From Robiginitomaculum sp. (GTDB lineage: Bacteria > Pseudomonadota > Alphaproteobacteria > Caulobacterales > Maricaulaceae): 63,791 nt of DNA. Both the position numbers and the translations under genes were made by a program. The notes below the pieces were generated by a model that worked only from the letters and a program-made list of their open reading frames with translations, did no database searches and was not told the origin of the DNA. This document shows positions 55,555-63,791 of the stretch, one piece after another. Position 1 is the stretch's first letter, and the number at the start of each line of letters is the position of its first letter. The stretch spans positions 1 to 63,791 of the forward strand of contig JALSYJ010000049.1 in the NCBI GenBank assembly GCA_027071965.1. Reading direction: 5' to 3'.

Positions 55555-58025
55555 TGCACTGGCTCTTCGTTTTCGGCTAACCGTTGAGCAAGACTGGTGA
55601 TGTGGTAATCCAGCTCAAAATCAACGGGCTCAATCTCCGGCAGAACCTTAATTGCAAAAAACAGGTGTGCTGCGTCTGAATAGCTCTTGAGGAATGCATT
55701 TACGATCTTGCTGTTATGCTCTTTACCCCGGGTGTAACTCATTTGATCACCATATCCGTCATCTCTGGCCCGGCGCTCAAAAGCCTGCTTCCAGCTGATA
55801 CGAATTAAATCCCTAGGAGGTGCGTACAAACTGAATCTCCTCCAGTCTGCAAAGCGTAACATTCTGATCAAATACTCTTTTTTATCTGGAGACTTATCGA
55901 GCCAAGTGAACACTGCATCAAGTGCGGTCTTAGTTAAGATTGGGTTGTCGTAGTACTCGCCATAGAGAATGGCGAACCCCATCACCGATGCCAAATCTTT
56001 CACAACTGATGAAATCAGAGAAATACGAAACTCATCCCGCACAGGCAGGTTAGGGTCTGGGAATTTGGTATCAGCGGCCAGTATGGCGAGCGCTACAAAT
56101 GTGCGCACAACCTTCTCCAACTTCTCTGGCAGGTTCTCATCCAGCGCATGGATGCACTCTTCGGCCAAAAGATAATAAATTTGCCCAAAATAATCTGGCA
56201 AATCCTCGTCATAATTATCTGAGAAAATATGATCTACGAGCCCCGCACTTCCAAGCATCTCAATGGCCTTATCTCGAGCGTCCACAAATCCACTTACCAT
56301 TCCGCTCGCATCAATGCGCGGTAGAACATATTGTTTTTCATTATAGTGCTGATAGGTCTCGTACCTACCCATGAGTTGTGACAGGTCGTCAAACCAGCGC
56401 GGCAATTTCCAGAACGAATGCAAACTGACCAGAACGACTTGCGTTGCAGCTTCGGGATTTTCATTTTTGAGAAGTGTACGTGAAAATTCAAGAACCTGTT
56501 GTTGATAAAAATTACAAATAACCGGTAAGATTTTTTCATACTTTTTAAGTAGTTCCTGAACGACGAGTTGCTGAAGGTATTTTGGTTGCGACAAACGTAG
56601 CCCCTCAACGTCTTGCTCGAATTTGATCCGATTAATTATAAAGGCAGTATCTACTTGCAAAAATGAAGGTAAGTCGCGCATGGATTTTGCAGTCCATTCG
56701 TCCTTTTCAAAAAAATCTGCGAGTTCTGTTTCAAGTGTGAAAATACGCCGCAGCGTTTCAAGACAAAAGTTGCTTCCTAACGTCGCCCAAGTATCTGAAA
56801 TGGCAATGAGCATTTTCTTTTGATCTTTGTCTGCTGCCGCGTTTTCCTGCGAAGCCGCCGTTTCAATCAGACATCGAATCCCGTTTAGCTCGTTCATCCC
56901 AACATCAAAATGAAAACCAAGCGCGTACTCTGAAATTCGTGTAGACAATCGCCCAAGTAGCGTTAGTGCGAGTTCATAGTTGCGTTCCTTAAATGCAAGT
57001 TCAATATGGCTTTCTAGACGTTTTGTAATGTCATTTTCAAACCAGTTCATATCTGGCTTTTCTTCAGGGTTCAGTTGTGTGCTTGTATTTAAAGCCATTG
57101 TTGTCGCGCTATCTCCGGCAAAAAACCATTGCCGATGCTTACGTCGGCGAGGAAACCAATAGCTGCTTTGATCGATCTCATGTTTCTTGTGCAGGTAGTG
57201 CAATAGAAGGCGTGAAAATTGCTCTGTAAGTGAAGGAAGGTTTTCCTCTAATGCTTTGGTGTCCTCCTTTATACTATCATCAATGTAAATAAGTTGACCT
57301 AACAGCCGCCTTGCCTCTTGTGAATGGTGGTTTGCAAGAGAATCTGAGTTTGTCGTGTTGGCCGCACCCTCAATGTGTTTTGCAATACTCGGAAGCAGTT
57401 CGCCTCCAACCAATGGTTTTAGATCAAAATAATTGAACAAACGCTGCCCCAATGGAAACAAGGTCAGCGACGTTACTAGCGTTAATAGCGTTCCAGTCAG
57501 GTATATTAGATAACCAGGCTCAAGCCCAAATAATGGCAACGAAGTCGCGGCCAGACAAAAAGATGCTGAGAAGACCAATATCCTAGAATATATGCTCCCC
57601 ACCTGTTCAGACGTTAGAAGCTGAATAATGTCTCGTCGCAGCTTGGTATAGCCCGCGCTCAAGATGATCCCGATTGTTGCAAAGTAGATTGAGAAAATCG
57701 CAGTTAAGATCTGAGCATACATCCTCAACTGGTCTATTAGATAGGATTTGTCAGCGTCACCAAGAGGCTTAAGTGTTCTGAGTTCATTAAGAGGAGAACT
57801 TTCAACATATGCAAGAAAGGATAGAAAAACAGCTACCCAAAAAAGGTTTTTAACTCCAAGGCCCAACAGGTTTGTTAGTATTACAGAATTTTCCCTAAAT
57901 TTTGCAAAGGCTTGTTTTTGCTTGTAGGTCTGAGCCTCAAGTTGAAATTTAATTTTACCGATACGGTTGCTGGACGACCAAAACCATCGCTTGGAAATCA
58001 TCCATATTGTTATTCGCTGGAACAA
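55551..58025 (-). CDS. Hypothetical 824-aa protein: four N-terminal transmembrane helices plus a ~630-aa soluble domain
   Basis: Hydrophobic helices LFWVAVFLSFLAYV, ILTAIFSIYFATIGIILSAGY, ILVFSASFCLAATSLPLFGL and YLIYLTGTLLTLVTSLTLF. The rest is helical with no P-loop or nuclease motif recognised. Confidence 0.7.
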   Translation of the reverse strand: MFQRITIWMISKRWFWSSSNRIGKIKFQLEAQTYKQKQAFAKFRENSVILTNLLGLGVKNLFWVAVFLSFLAYVESSPLNELRTLKPLGDADKSYLIDQLRMYAQILTAIFSIYFATIGIILSAGYTKLRRDIIQLLTSEQVGSIYSRILVFSASFCLAATSLPLFGLEPGYLIYLTGTLLTLVTSLTLFPLGQRLFNYFDLKPLVGGELLPSIAKHIEGAANTTNSDSLANHHSQEARRLLGQLIYIDDSIKEDTKALEENLPSLTEQFSRLLLHYLHKKHEIDQSSYWFPRRRKHRQWFFAGDSATTMALNTSTQLNPEEKPDMNWFENDITKRLESHIELAFKERNYELALTLLGRLSTRISEYALGFHFDVGMNELNGIRCLIETAASQENAAADKDQKKMLIAISDTWATLGSNFCLETLRRIFTLETELADFFEKDEWTAKSMRDLPSFLQVDTAFIINRIKFEQDVEGLRLSQPKYLQQLVVQELLKKYEKILPVICNFYQQQVLEFSRTLLKNENPEAATQVVLVSLHSFWKLPRWFDDLSQLMGRYETYQHYNEKQYVLPRIDASGMVSGFVDARDKAIEMLGSAGLVDHIFSDNYDEDLPDYFGQIYYLLAEECIHALDENLPEKLEKVVRTFVALAILAADTKFPDPNLPVRDEFRISLISSVVKDLASVMGFAILYGEYYDNPILTKTALDAVFTWLDKSPDKKEYLIRMLRFADWRRFSLYAPPRDLIRISWKQAFERRARDDGYGDQMSYTRGKEHNSKIVNAFLKSYSDAAHLFFAIKVLPEIEPVDFELDYHITSLAQRLAENEEPVQ

Positions 58026-58232
58026 TGAGCACCTACAGTAACTGCACTTTGCATTACATATAGAGGTTTCAAGTCGACTTTACGATATATTCCGCGGCAA
58101 TACTGGCTTATTTGTATTAGCAAAGGTTGAATTCACCCGGGCTGGTAGTACGAGAATTCCAGTTTCATAGACGTGAACAAGAATGCGTGCGTTATTTTAA
58201 ATTGTATTGGGTGTTACGCAGAAGGTCTTTCG

Positions 58233-58254
58233 TTGGTACCCTCTAGGTACCCCG
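58233..58254 (+). repeat. Right copy of the perfect 22-bp direct repeat, ttggtaccctctaggtaccccg
   Basis: It is identical to 30901-30922 and lies 64 nt from the 3' end of the intact tRNA-Arg. Confidence 0.9.
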
Positions 58255-58318
58255 CAAACATATTCAGAAAAATGTTTGCCGATGTTTAGGTGTAACGTAT
58301 TGAATTTATGGAAAGTTT

Positions 58319-58395
<77 letters not shown>

Positions 58396-58532
58396 AGATT
58401 TGCGGGGTATTCCTCGCATACTGGCGCGGAACCTAGCCGATGGCGCGCTGACAGGCAACGGCTGGTATGTAAAAGCTTTCAAAAGAATTCATGGTTTTTT
58501 GCAATTAGTTTTATCAGCTCCTTTATAAGCTC

Positions 58533-59540
58533 TTAGGTCTGTGCCTCCTTATCATTGACGACATCTTTGGTTAATTCTAGGAACACATCTTCTAGATCCG
58601 GCTCTTTGGTTTGCAGATCATCAATCCTTATACCGCAGGCGCGAACCTTCTCGATCAGGCTGGCTACGCCTTGTGCCGCGCTGTTATAGCGAATTATCAG
58701 TGCGCCATTCTCATTCAGAGCAATATCCATTTTTTGCAAATCTTTCGGGATTTTCTGCAGTGTCTCCTGTGGTTGGATGATCAGGGTTTTTTGGTCTATT
58801 CGCCCCAACAGGGATTCTTTGGCCTCGCAGGCCACTACCTCGCCATGGTTGATAATAGCAATTCTGTCGCATAGCTCCTGAGCTTCTTCGAGATAATGCG
58901 TGGTAAGAACAATAGTCGCGCCACGAGAGTTCAACTCCCTTACATAGTCCCAAAGCTGCCGCCGCAGATCAATATCAACACCAGCGGTTGGTTCATCCAG
59001 CACCAATACTGGCGGACTATGAACCAGCGCCTTGGCAATCAATAATCTGCGTTTCATGCCGCCTGATAGCGTCCGTACATAGGCTTTGGCTTTATCCTGC
59101 AGGCCCACTGCCTGTAATATTTCCTTGGTACGGCGTTGTGACTTTGGTACCCCGTAAAATCCAGCCTGATATTCCACGCTCTCAACAGGCGTGAAAAACG
59201 GATCCATATTGATCTCCTGTGGCACCACGCCGATGGCGGCCCGGGCCTGACGAGGGTTGTCGTCAATATCAACCCCCCATATTTCAGCGCGGCCAGCAGT
59301 TTTTTTCACAAGTCCGGCAAAAATATTTATCAATGTTGACTTCCCGGCACCATTGGGGCCAAGCAGCCCAAAAATCGAGCCTACCGGAATATCCAGATCA
59401 ACTCCTTTTAGGGCGTGTTTTGAAGCCAGCCCCTTTTGTGCCGGATAGGTTTTTTCCAAACCAAATGCGCGCAAGGCAAATTCTGGCTGGGATGGGCTGG
59501 AATTTGACAATTTAGACTCCTGAAGGCTGACAACCTGCAT
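58533..59540 (-). CDS. ABC transporter ATP-binding protein (ABC-2/DrrA-like)
   Basis: Walker [10 protein letters not shown], signature LSGGMKRRL and Walker [13 protein letters not shown]. Confidence 0.9.
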   Translation of the reverse strand: MQVVSLQESKLSNSSPSQPEFALRAFGLEKTYPAQKGLASKHALKGVDLDIPVGSIFGLLGPNGAGKSTLINIFAGLVKKTAGRAEIWGVDIDDNPRQARAAIGVVPQEINMDPFFTPVESVEYQAGFYGVPKSQRRTKEILQAVGLQDKAKAYVRTLSGGMKRRLLIAKALVHSPPVLVLDEPTAGVDIDLRRQLWDYVRELNSRGATIVLTTHYLEEAQELCDRIAIINHGEVVACEAKESLLGRIDQKTLIIQPQETLQKIPKDLQKMDIALNENGALIIRYNSAAQGVASLIEKVRACGIRIDDLQTKEPDLEDVFLELTKDVVNDKEAQT

Positions 59541-59607
59541 TGACCAACAGGTTTTGATGCATAACTATGCGCAATAAACCTCATTCACAAGCACACAGGC
59601 TGGATTT

Positions 59608-59802
59608 ATGAACAATACCCAAAACTACCCGCGCGGCGCGGCGCTGGATGAACTGGTAACAACCACACGAGTCTCATGTGCTGGAAATGGTTTATCCGGT
59701 CATCCCAAAGTTTATTATGATCTGAACGAAGATGGTGAGGCCTGGTGCTTTTACTGCTCCAAGCACTTTGTCCTAAAAGGCTCATCTGCTGACAACAGTT
59801 GA
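59608..59802 (+). CDS. zf-CHCC zinc-finger protein (NDUFS6-like small protein)
   Basis: GHPKVYYDLNEDGEAWCFYCSKHF matches the zf-CHCC pattern. Confidence 0.75.
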   Translation: MNNTQNYPRGAALDELVTTTRVSCAGNGLSGHPKVYYDLNEDGEAWCFYCSKHFVLKGSSADNS

Positions 59803-59932
59803 TACAGGTGCATTTGCCTGTTTCGCTAAATATCCGATGCAAATTGCTGTTGGCTGCAATTGTTTAAGCCTTGCCTAACAAAAAACAACTGCGCACAATC
59901 TAACACTCTAGAACCAGCAAGGCTGTATATCC

Positions 59933-62713
59933 ATGTCGATCACCCGCTCGCTTAATGCCGATAGTCACCTTATTCTTGTTGATGGATCAGCCTATATATT
60001 TCGGGCCTATCATGCCTTGCCACCCTTGACCCGCAAATCCGATGGCGCCCCGGTTGGGGCTGTTGCCGGGTTTTGCAATATGTTGTGGAAACTGACCGAG
60101 GAAACGAAAGACGAAGGGCGCGCAACTCATTTTGCAGTGGTCTTTGATGCCAAGGGCAAGACTTTCCGCAATGAAATTTATGAAGAATACAAAGCACACC
60201 GCCCCCCGGCGCCAGAAGATCTGGTGCCGCAATTTGCCATGGTTCGCAGTGCCGCCAGTGCATTTGGGCTGGCCAGTATTGAAGAGCCGGGCTTTGAAGC
60301 TGATGATTTGATAGCCACTTATGCGACACAGGCGGAAAAACTTGGCGCAACGGTGACTATTATTTCTTCGGACAAGGACCTTATGCAATTGGTCAGCGAC
60401 AAGGTACACATGCTTGACCCGATGAAAAACAGCCTGATTGAGGCCGAGCAGGTTAGGGCAAAATTTGGCGTTGGCCCTGATAAGGTTGTTGATGTGCAGG
60501 CTTTGGCCGGGGACAGTGCCGATAATATTCCAGGTGTCCCCGGTATCGGGGTAAAAACTGCTGCTGCCTTGGTACAGGAGTTTGGTGATCTGGAAGGTAT
60601 TTTGGAAAATGCACATACAATCAAGCAAAATAAGCGCCGTGAGAACTTGATTGAATTTGCCGATCAGGCCCGGCTTAGTCTGAAGCTGGTTACTTTACGC
60701 AAAGACACGCCTATGCCCGAACCACTTGAGGATATGGGCCACAATGATGTGCAAAGCGATGTATTATTATCATTTCTGGGCGAAATGGAGTTTTCAACAC
60801 TGACTAACCGGGTGCGCCGGGCTTTTAATGCGCCCGCAGACCCGGACGATTTTGAAGATCTTTCCGTTCCGGTAATTTCAGATGAAAATTATATTTGTAT
60901 TACGAACATGACAGATTTGCAGGACTGGATTGTCCGGGCAGAAAAAGCGCGAATAGTTGCCATTGATACGGAAACCGATCGACTTTCCAGCACTCATTCC
61001 AAATTGGTAGGCATTTCACTGTGTTACGCCCCCGGATATGCCTGTTATATTCCGGTTGGGCATACCGGCTCCGGCGACCTGATGGCAGAGATTCCAGAGC
61101 AATTGGACATTGATGAAGTAATTGCTGCATTGCGACCTCTGCTTACCGATGCCAGCGTGCTTAAAATCGGGCAAAATTTCAAATATGATTTAGGGGTGCT
61201 GCACCGTTATGGGATTGATGTCAGCCCGTTTGATGACACCATGTTGCTTTCTTATGCGCTTGATGGTGGCAAGCACAGGCACGGCATGGATGCGCTTTCT
61301 GATCATTACTTTAAGCATAAACCAATTCCGTTTAAGCAAGTCTGCGGAACAGGAAAATCAGAGATAAGTTTTGCGCAGGTTGATCTGGAGCCTGCAACCA
61401 GATACGCCGCGGAAGATGCTGATATTACCTTGCGATTGTGGAAGATATTAAAGCCGCGTCTGGCTCATGAACAAATGGCAAGTGTTTATGAGGTGCTGGA
61501 GCGGCCAATGCCGCAGATATTATCGACAATGGAGCTGGCTGGCATCAAGGTTGATCGGGCTGAACTGTCTCGATTGTCGCAAAAATTTGCGCAAAAAATG
61601 GCTGAGCTTGAGGATACTGCCACCAATATGGCGGGCCGCAGCTTCAATCTGGCATCCCCAAAACAATTAGGGGAAATCCTGTTCGATGAAATGCAATTGC
61701 CCGGCGGCAAAAAAACTAAAACCGGATCCTGGAAAACTGATGCTAAGGTGTTGGAACAATTGGCCGCAGAGGGACAGGAGCTGCCGCAGATAATTTTGGG
61801 TTGGCGGCAATTGCAAAAACTCAAAAGCACTTATACAGATGCGCTGGGCAAGGCTGCTGATTCTGAGACCTCCCGGGTGCATACGTCGTTCTTACTGGCG
61901 GCAACCACTACCGGCAGGCTGGCTTCTTCAGACCCTAATTTGATGAATATTCCGATCCGAACCGAAGAGGGGCGCAAAATCCGGGCGGCCTTTGTGCCTG
62001 AAGCCGGGAATTTACTGCTTAGTGCTGATTACAGTCAAATTGAGCTTAGGGTTCTGGCTCATATCGCGGATGTACCGGATTTGCGTCAAGCCTTTGCTGA
62101 TGGGCTTGATATTCATGCCATGACCGCCTCTGAGATGTTTGGCGTGCCAATAGCTGACATGGATCCGAATACAAGAAGGCAGGCCAAGGCTATTAATTTT
62201 GGAATTATTTACGGGATTTCAGCCTTTGGGCTGGCTGTGCAATTGGGTATCTCGCGCACTGAGGCTGCCGATTATATCAAGGCTTATTTTGAAAAATTTC
62301 CCGGCATAAAGGACTATATGGAAGCAACAAAGGAAATGGCCCGGCAACAAGGCTATGTCACGACCTTGTTCGGACGCAAATGCTGGTGCCAGCAGATTAA
62401 CGATAAAAACCCTATGAGCCGGGGTTTTGCGGAGCGACAGGCCATCAACGCTCCGATTCAGGGCACCGCGGCTGATATTATGCGCCGGGCGATGATAAAA
62501 ATGCCAACAGCATTAAAGCGCGCTGCTCTGGATGCAAAAATGTTATTACAGGTTCATGATGAACTGGTGTTTGAGGTGGCTGAAACCAGAGCCGATGAAC
62601 TTGCGGCTTTGGCTGGAGATGTGATGCAAAATGCCTGCGCCCCGGCCCTGAAACTTTCGGTGCCTTTAGTTGTAGACAGTGGTGCCGGCCCCAATTGGGA
62701 TGTGGCTCATTAA
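59933..62713 (+). CDS. polA: DNA polymerase I
   Basis: 5'-nuclease domain (LILVDGSAYIFRAYHAL), 3'-5' exonuclease region (VAIDTETD) and polymerase motifs DYSQIELRVLAH and QVHDELVFE. Length is 926 aa. Confidence 0.97.
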   Translation: MSITRSLNADSHLILVDGSAYIFRAYHALPPLTRKSDGAPVGAVAGFCNMLWKLTEETKDEGRATHFAVVFDAKGKTFRNEIYEEYKAHRPPAPEDLVPQFAMVRSAASAFGLASIEEPGFEADDLIATYATQAEKLGATVTIISSDKDLMQLVSDKVHMLDPMKNSLIEAEQVRAKFGVGPDKVVDVQALAGDSADNIPGVPGIGVKTAAALVQEFGDLEGILENAHTIKQNKRRENLIEFADQARLSLKLVTLRKDTPMPEPLEDMGHNDVQSDVLLSFLGEMEFSTLTNRVRRAFNAPADPDDFEDLSVPVISDENYICITNMTDLQDWIVRAEKARIVAIDTETDRLSSTHSKLVGISLCYAPGYACYIPVGHTGSGDLMAEIPEQLDIDEVIAALRPLLTDASVLKIGQNFKYDLGVLHRYGIDVSPFDDTMLLSYALDGGKHRHGMDALSDHYFKHKPIPFKQVCGTGKSEISFAQVDLEPATRYAAEDADITLRLWKILKPRLAHEQMASVYEVLERPMPQILSTMELAGIKVDRAELSRLSQKFAQKMAELEDTATNMAGRSFNLASPKQLGEILFDEMQLPGGKKTKTGSWKTDAKVLEQLAAEGQELPQIILGWRQLQKLKSTYTDALGKAADSETSRVHTSFLLAATTTGRLASSDPNLMNIPIRTEEGRKIRAAFVPEAGNLLLSADYSQIELRVLAHIADVPDLRQAFADGLDIHAMTASEMFGVPIADMDPNTRRQAKAINFGIIYGISAFGLAVQLGISRTEAADYIKAYFEKFPGIKDYMEATKEMARQQGYVTTLFGRKCWCQQINDKNPMSRGFAERQAINAPIQGTAADIMRRAMIKMPTALKRAALDAKMLLQVHDELVFEVAETRADELAALAGDVMQNACAPALKLSVPLVVDSGAGPNWDVAH

Positions 62714-63225
62714 GCACAAATTATCTGATGTGAATTTGACCTCTCAGTCATCTTCACCCATGTTTTTGTCTTCTGCCCAGTGCAGGACTGGATTTACGCC
62801 GCGTAAGTGACGGTTAGAGGTGAGGGTCACTCATAGGGTCAGCGCTAAGGGTCAGCGCGATTTTTGCTGTCCCTTGAGTGATACTTGAGAGACACTGTAA
62901 TCATACCCAAACAGCACTTTGTGCTAATAAACTTACCCTTAAATGACCCTTGGTCATACTAACTGACCCTTGGACTGCGGGGATAAGTGATAATGATGCC
63001 CGCCAACCTTAAACCCTGTTATAATTCAAGGGTTGGGGCAAAGCCCCGACAAATGCGCTCTTTGACAGGTAAATATTTCTTCAAAACCCAATAAGTAAAA
63101 GGGTTCTGTGCGTTTGCATTTCGCAGGCAGTCCTGACAGGCAGGCATACAAATGTGGATTTGCATTTGCCTCTTATCCAACGGGGAAATCAGGATAAGGT
63201 TTTTATGAGCATTTCATTCCTAAAA

Positions 63226-63291
63226 TAGAGAAGCGGTAGGAGAAACAGACTCCTCAAGTAGCGAAGCGGTAGGAGAAACAGACTCCTCAAG
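63226..63291. repeat. Tandem direct repeat, 2 x 33 bp (tagMgaagcggtaggagaaacagactcctcaag), plus a partial third unit
   Basis: The units at 63226-63258 and 63259-63291 differ at one position. Each contains an AGGAG...CTCCT 5-bp hairpin. Confidence 0.85.
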
Positions 63292-63439
63292 CAGCGAAAC
63301 AACAGCCGAATTATAACGCAGACCAAAATGATGCGGGTCGAAAGACCAAACCTGAACCGCACCCAAGGGCGCGACTGCGCCCCGGCGATCGTTCGCCGCC
63401 CCGTCGGAGGCGTTTCTTCACGCCGCGAGACAAAAGAAA

Positions 63440-63526
<87 letters not shown>

Positions 63527-63684
63527 ACTGGTGCGAAGGCTCCAATACCGATGATGCTGGCTGTGGTCAATAAGCTAAAGCAAATTACGGGTGCAAATGC
63601 CGCAAGTAATGAAATGCTCATGGACACGGAGCTATGGAGTATGTAATTTCAGTTGTAATGAATTGACTCGTTTACAAGGGCAAA

Positions 63685-63791
63685 ATGATGAGCAAGCTGG
63701 CTGTAGTATTTGGCGGATCCGGGTTTTTAGGCCGACACGTGGTGCGTGAATTATGCCGCAAGGGGTGGCGAGTGCGCATTGCCGTGCGCCG
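63685..63791 (+). CDS. 5' end of an NAD(P)-binding SDR / NDUFA9-like epimerase-family gene (continues beyond the window)
   Basis: The translation MMSKLAVVFGGSGFLGRHVVRELCRKGWRVRIAVR carries the Rossmann GxxGxxG motif. The ORF is open to the window end. Confidence 0.65.
   Translation, partial: MMSKLAVVFGGSGFLGRHVVRELCRKGWRVRIAVR

Overview
The right-hand ~5.4 kb is ordinary core chromosome. It holds tRNA-Arg(CCG), an ABC-transporter ATPase, a small zf-CHCC protein, polA, tRNA-Leu(CAG) and the start of an NAD-binding SDR gene. That gene order looks alphaproteobacterial, which is inference only. Everything from ~896 to 58318 (~57 kb) is horizontally acquired DNA stacked downstream of tRNA-Arg(CCG). 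Three extra copies of the tRNA-Arg 3' half (896-944, 6796-6840, 30718-30762) divide it into three intervals. An IS5-family element sits at the far left. Interval 1 carries a CBASS-like operon (CD-NTase, E2-like protein, patatin), an hsdR remnant, and a GmrSD-type enzyme fused to an AlbA_2 domain. Interval 2 carries a complete type I R-M operon with an extra gene wedged between hsdS and hsdR. It also has a frameshifted large serine recombinase, a 1353-aa protein with a HigA-type HTH, two tyrosine recombinases, and a T5orf172 / Mrr_N / TIR-STAND-TPR gene string. Interval 3 starts with a P4-like integrase and a DinJ-YafQ toxin-antitoxin pair. Next comes a PD-(D/E)xK / DGQHR (DndB-like) / HEPN-like protein translationally coupled to a Dam-family methylase. 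It continues with a second orphan methylase, ArdA, and an operon with two T4CP-like ATPases bracketed by serine-recombinase genes. Further right are an AT-rich cassette (terpene-cyclase-like, TIM-barrel, PfkB kinase) and a FimB/E-sized recombinase gene bounded by perfect 20-bp inverted repeats. The interval ends with a lipoprotein/TerB/membrane cluster and an unknown 824-aa membrane plus 330-aa pair abutting the tRNA. No CRISPR array or rRNA is present. I cannot say which uncharacterised module is the novel system. My best candidates are the DGQHR/HEPN-methylase pair, the dual T4CP-like ATPase operon, the 824/330-aa pair, the HTH-fused giant protein, the TIR-STAND string and the IR-flanked recombinase switch. 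All domain calls come from motif recognition by eye, not from database searches.
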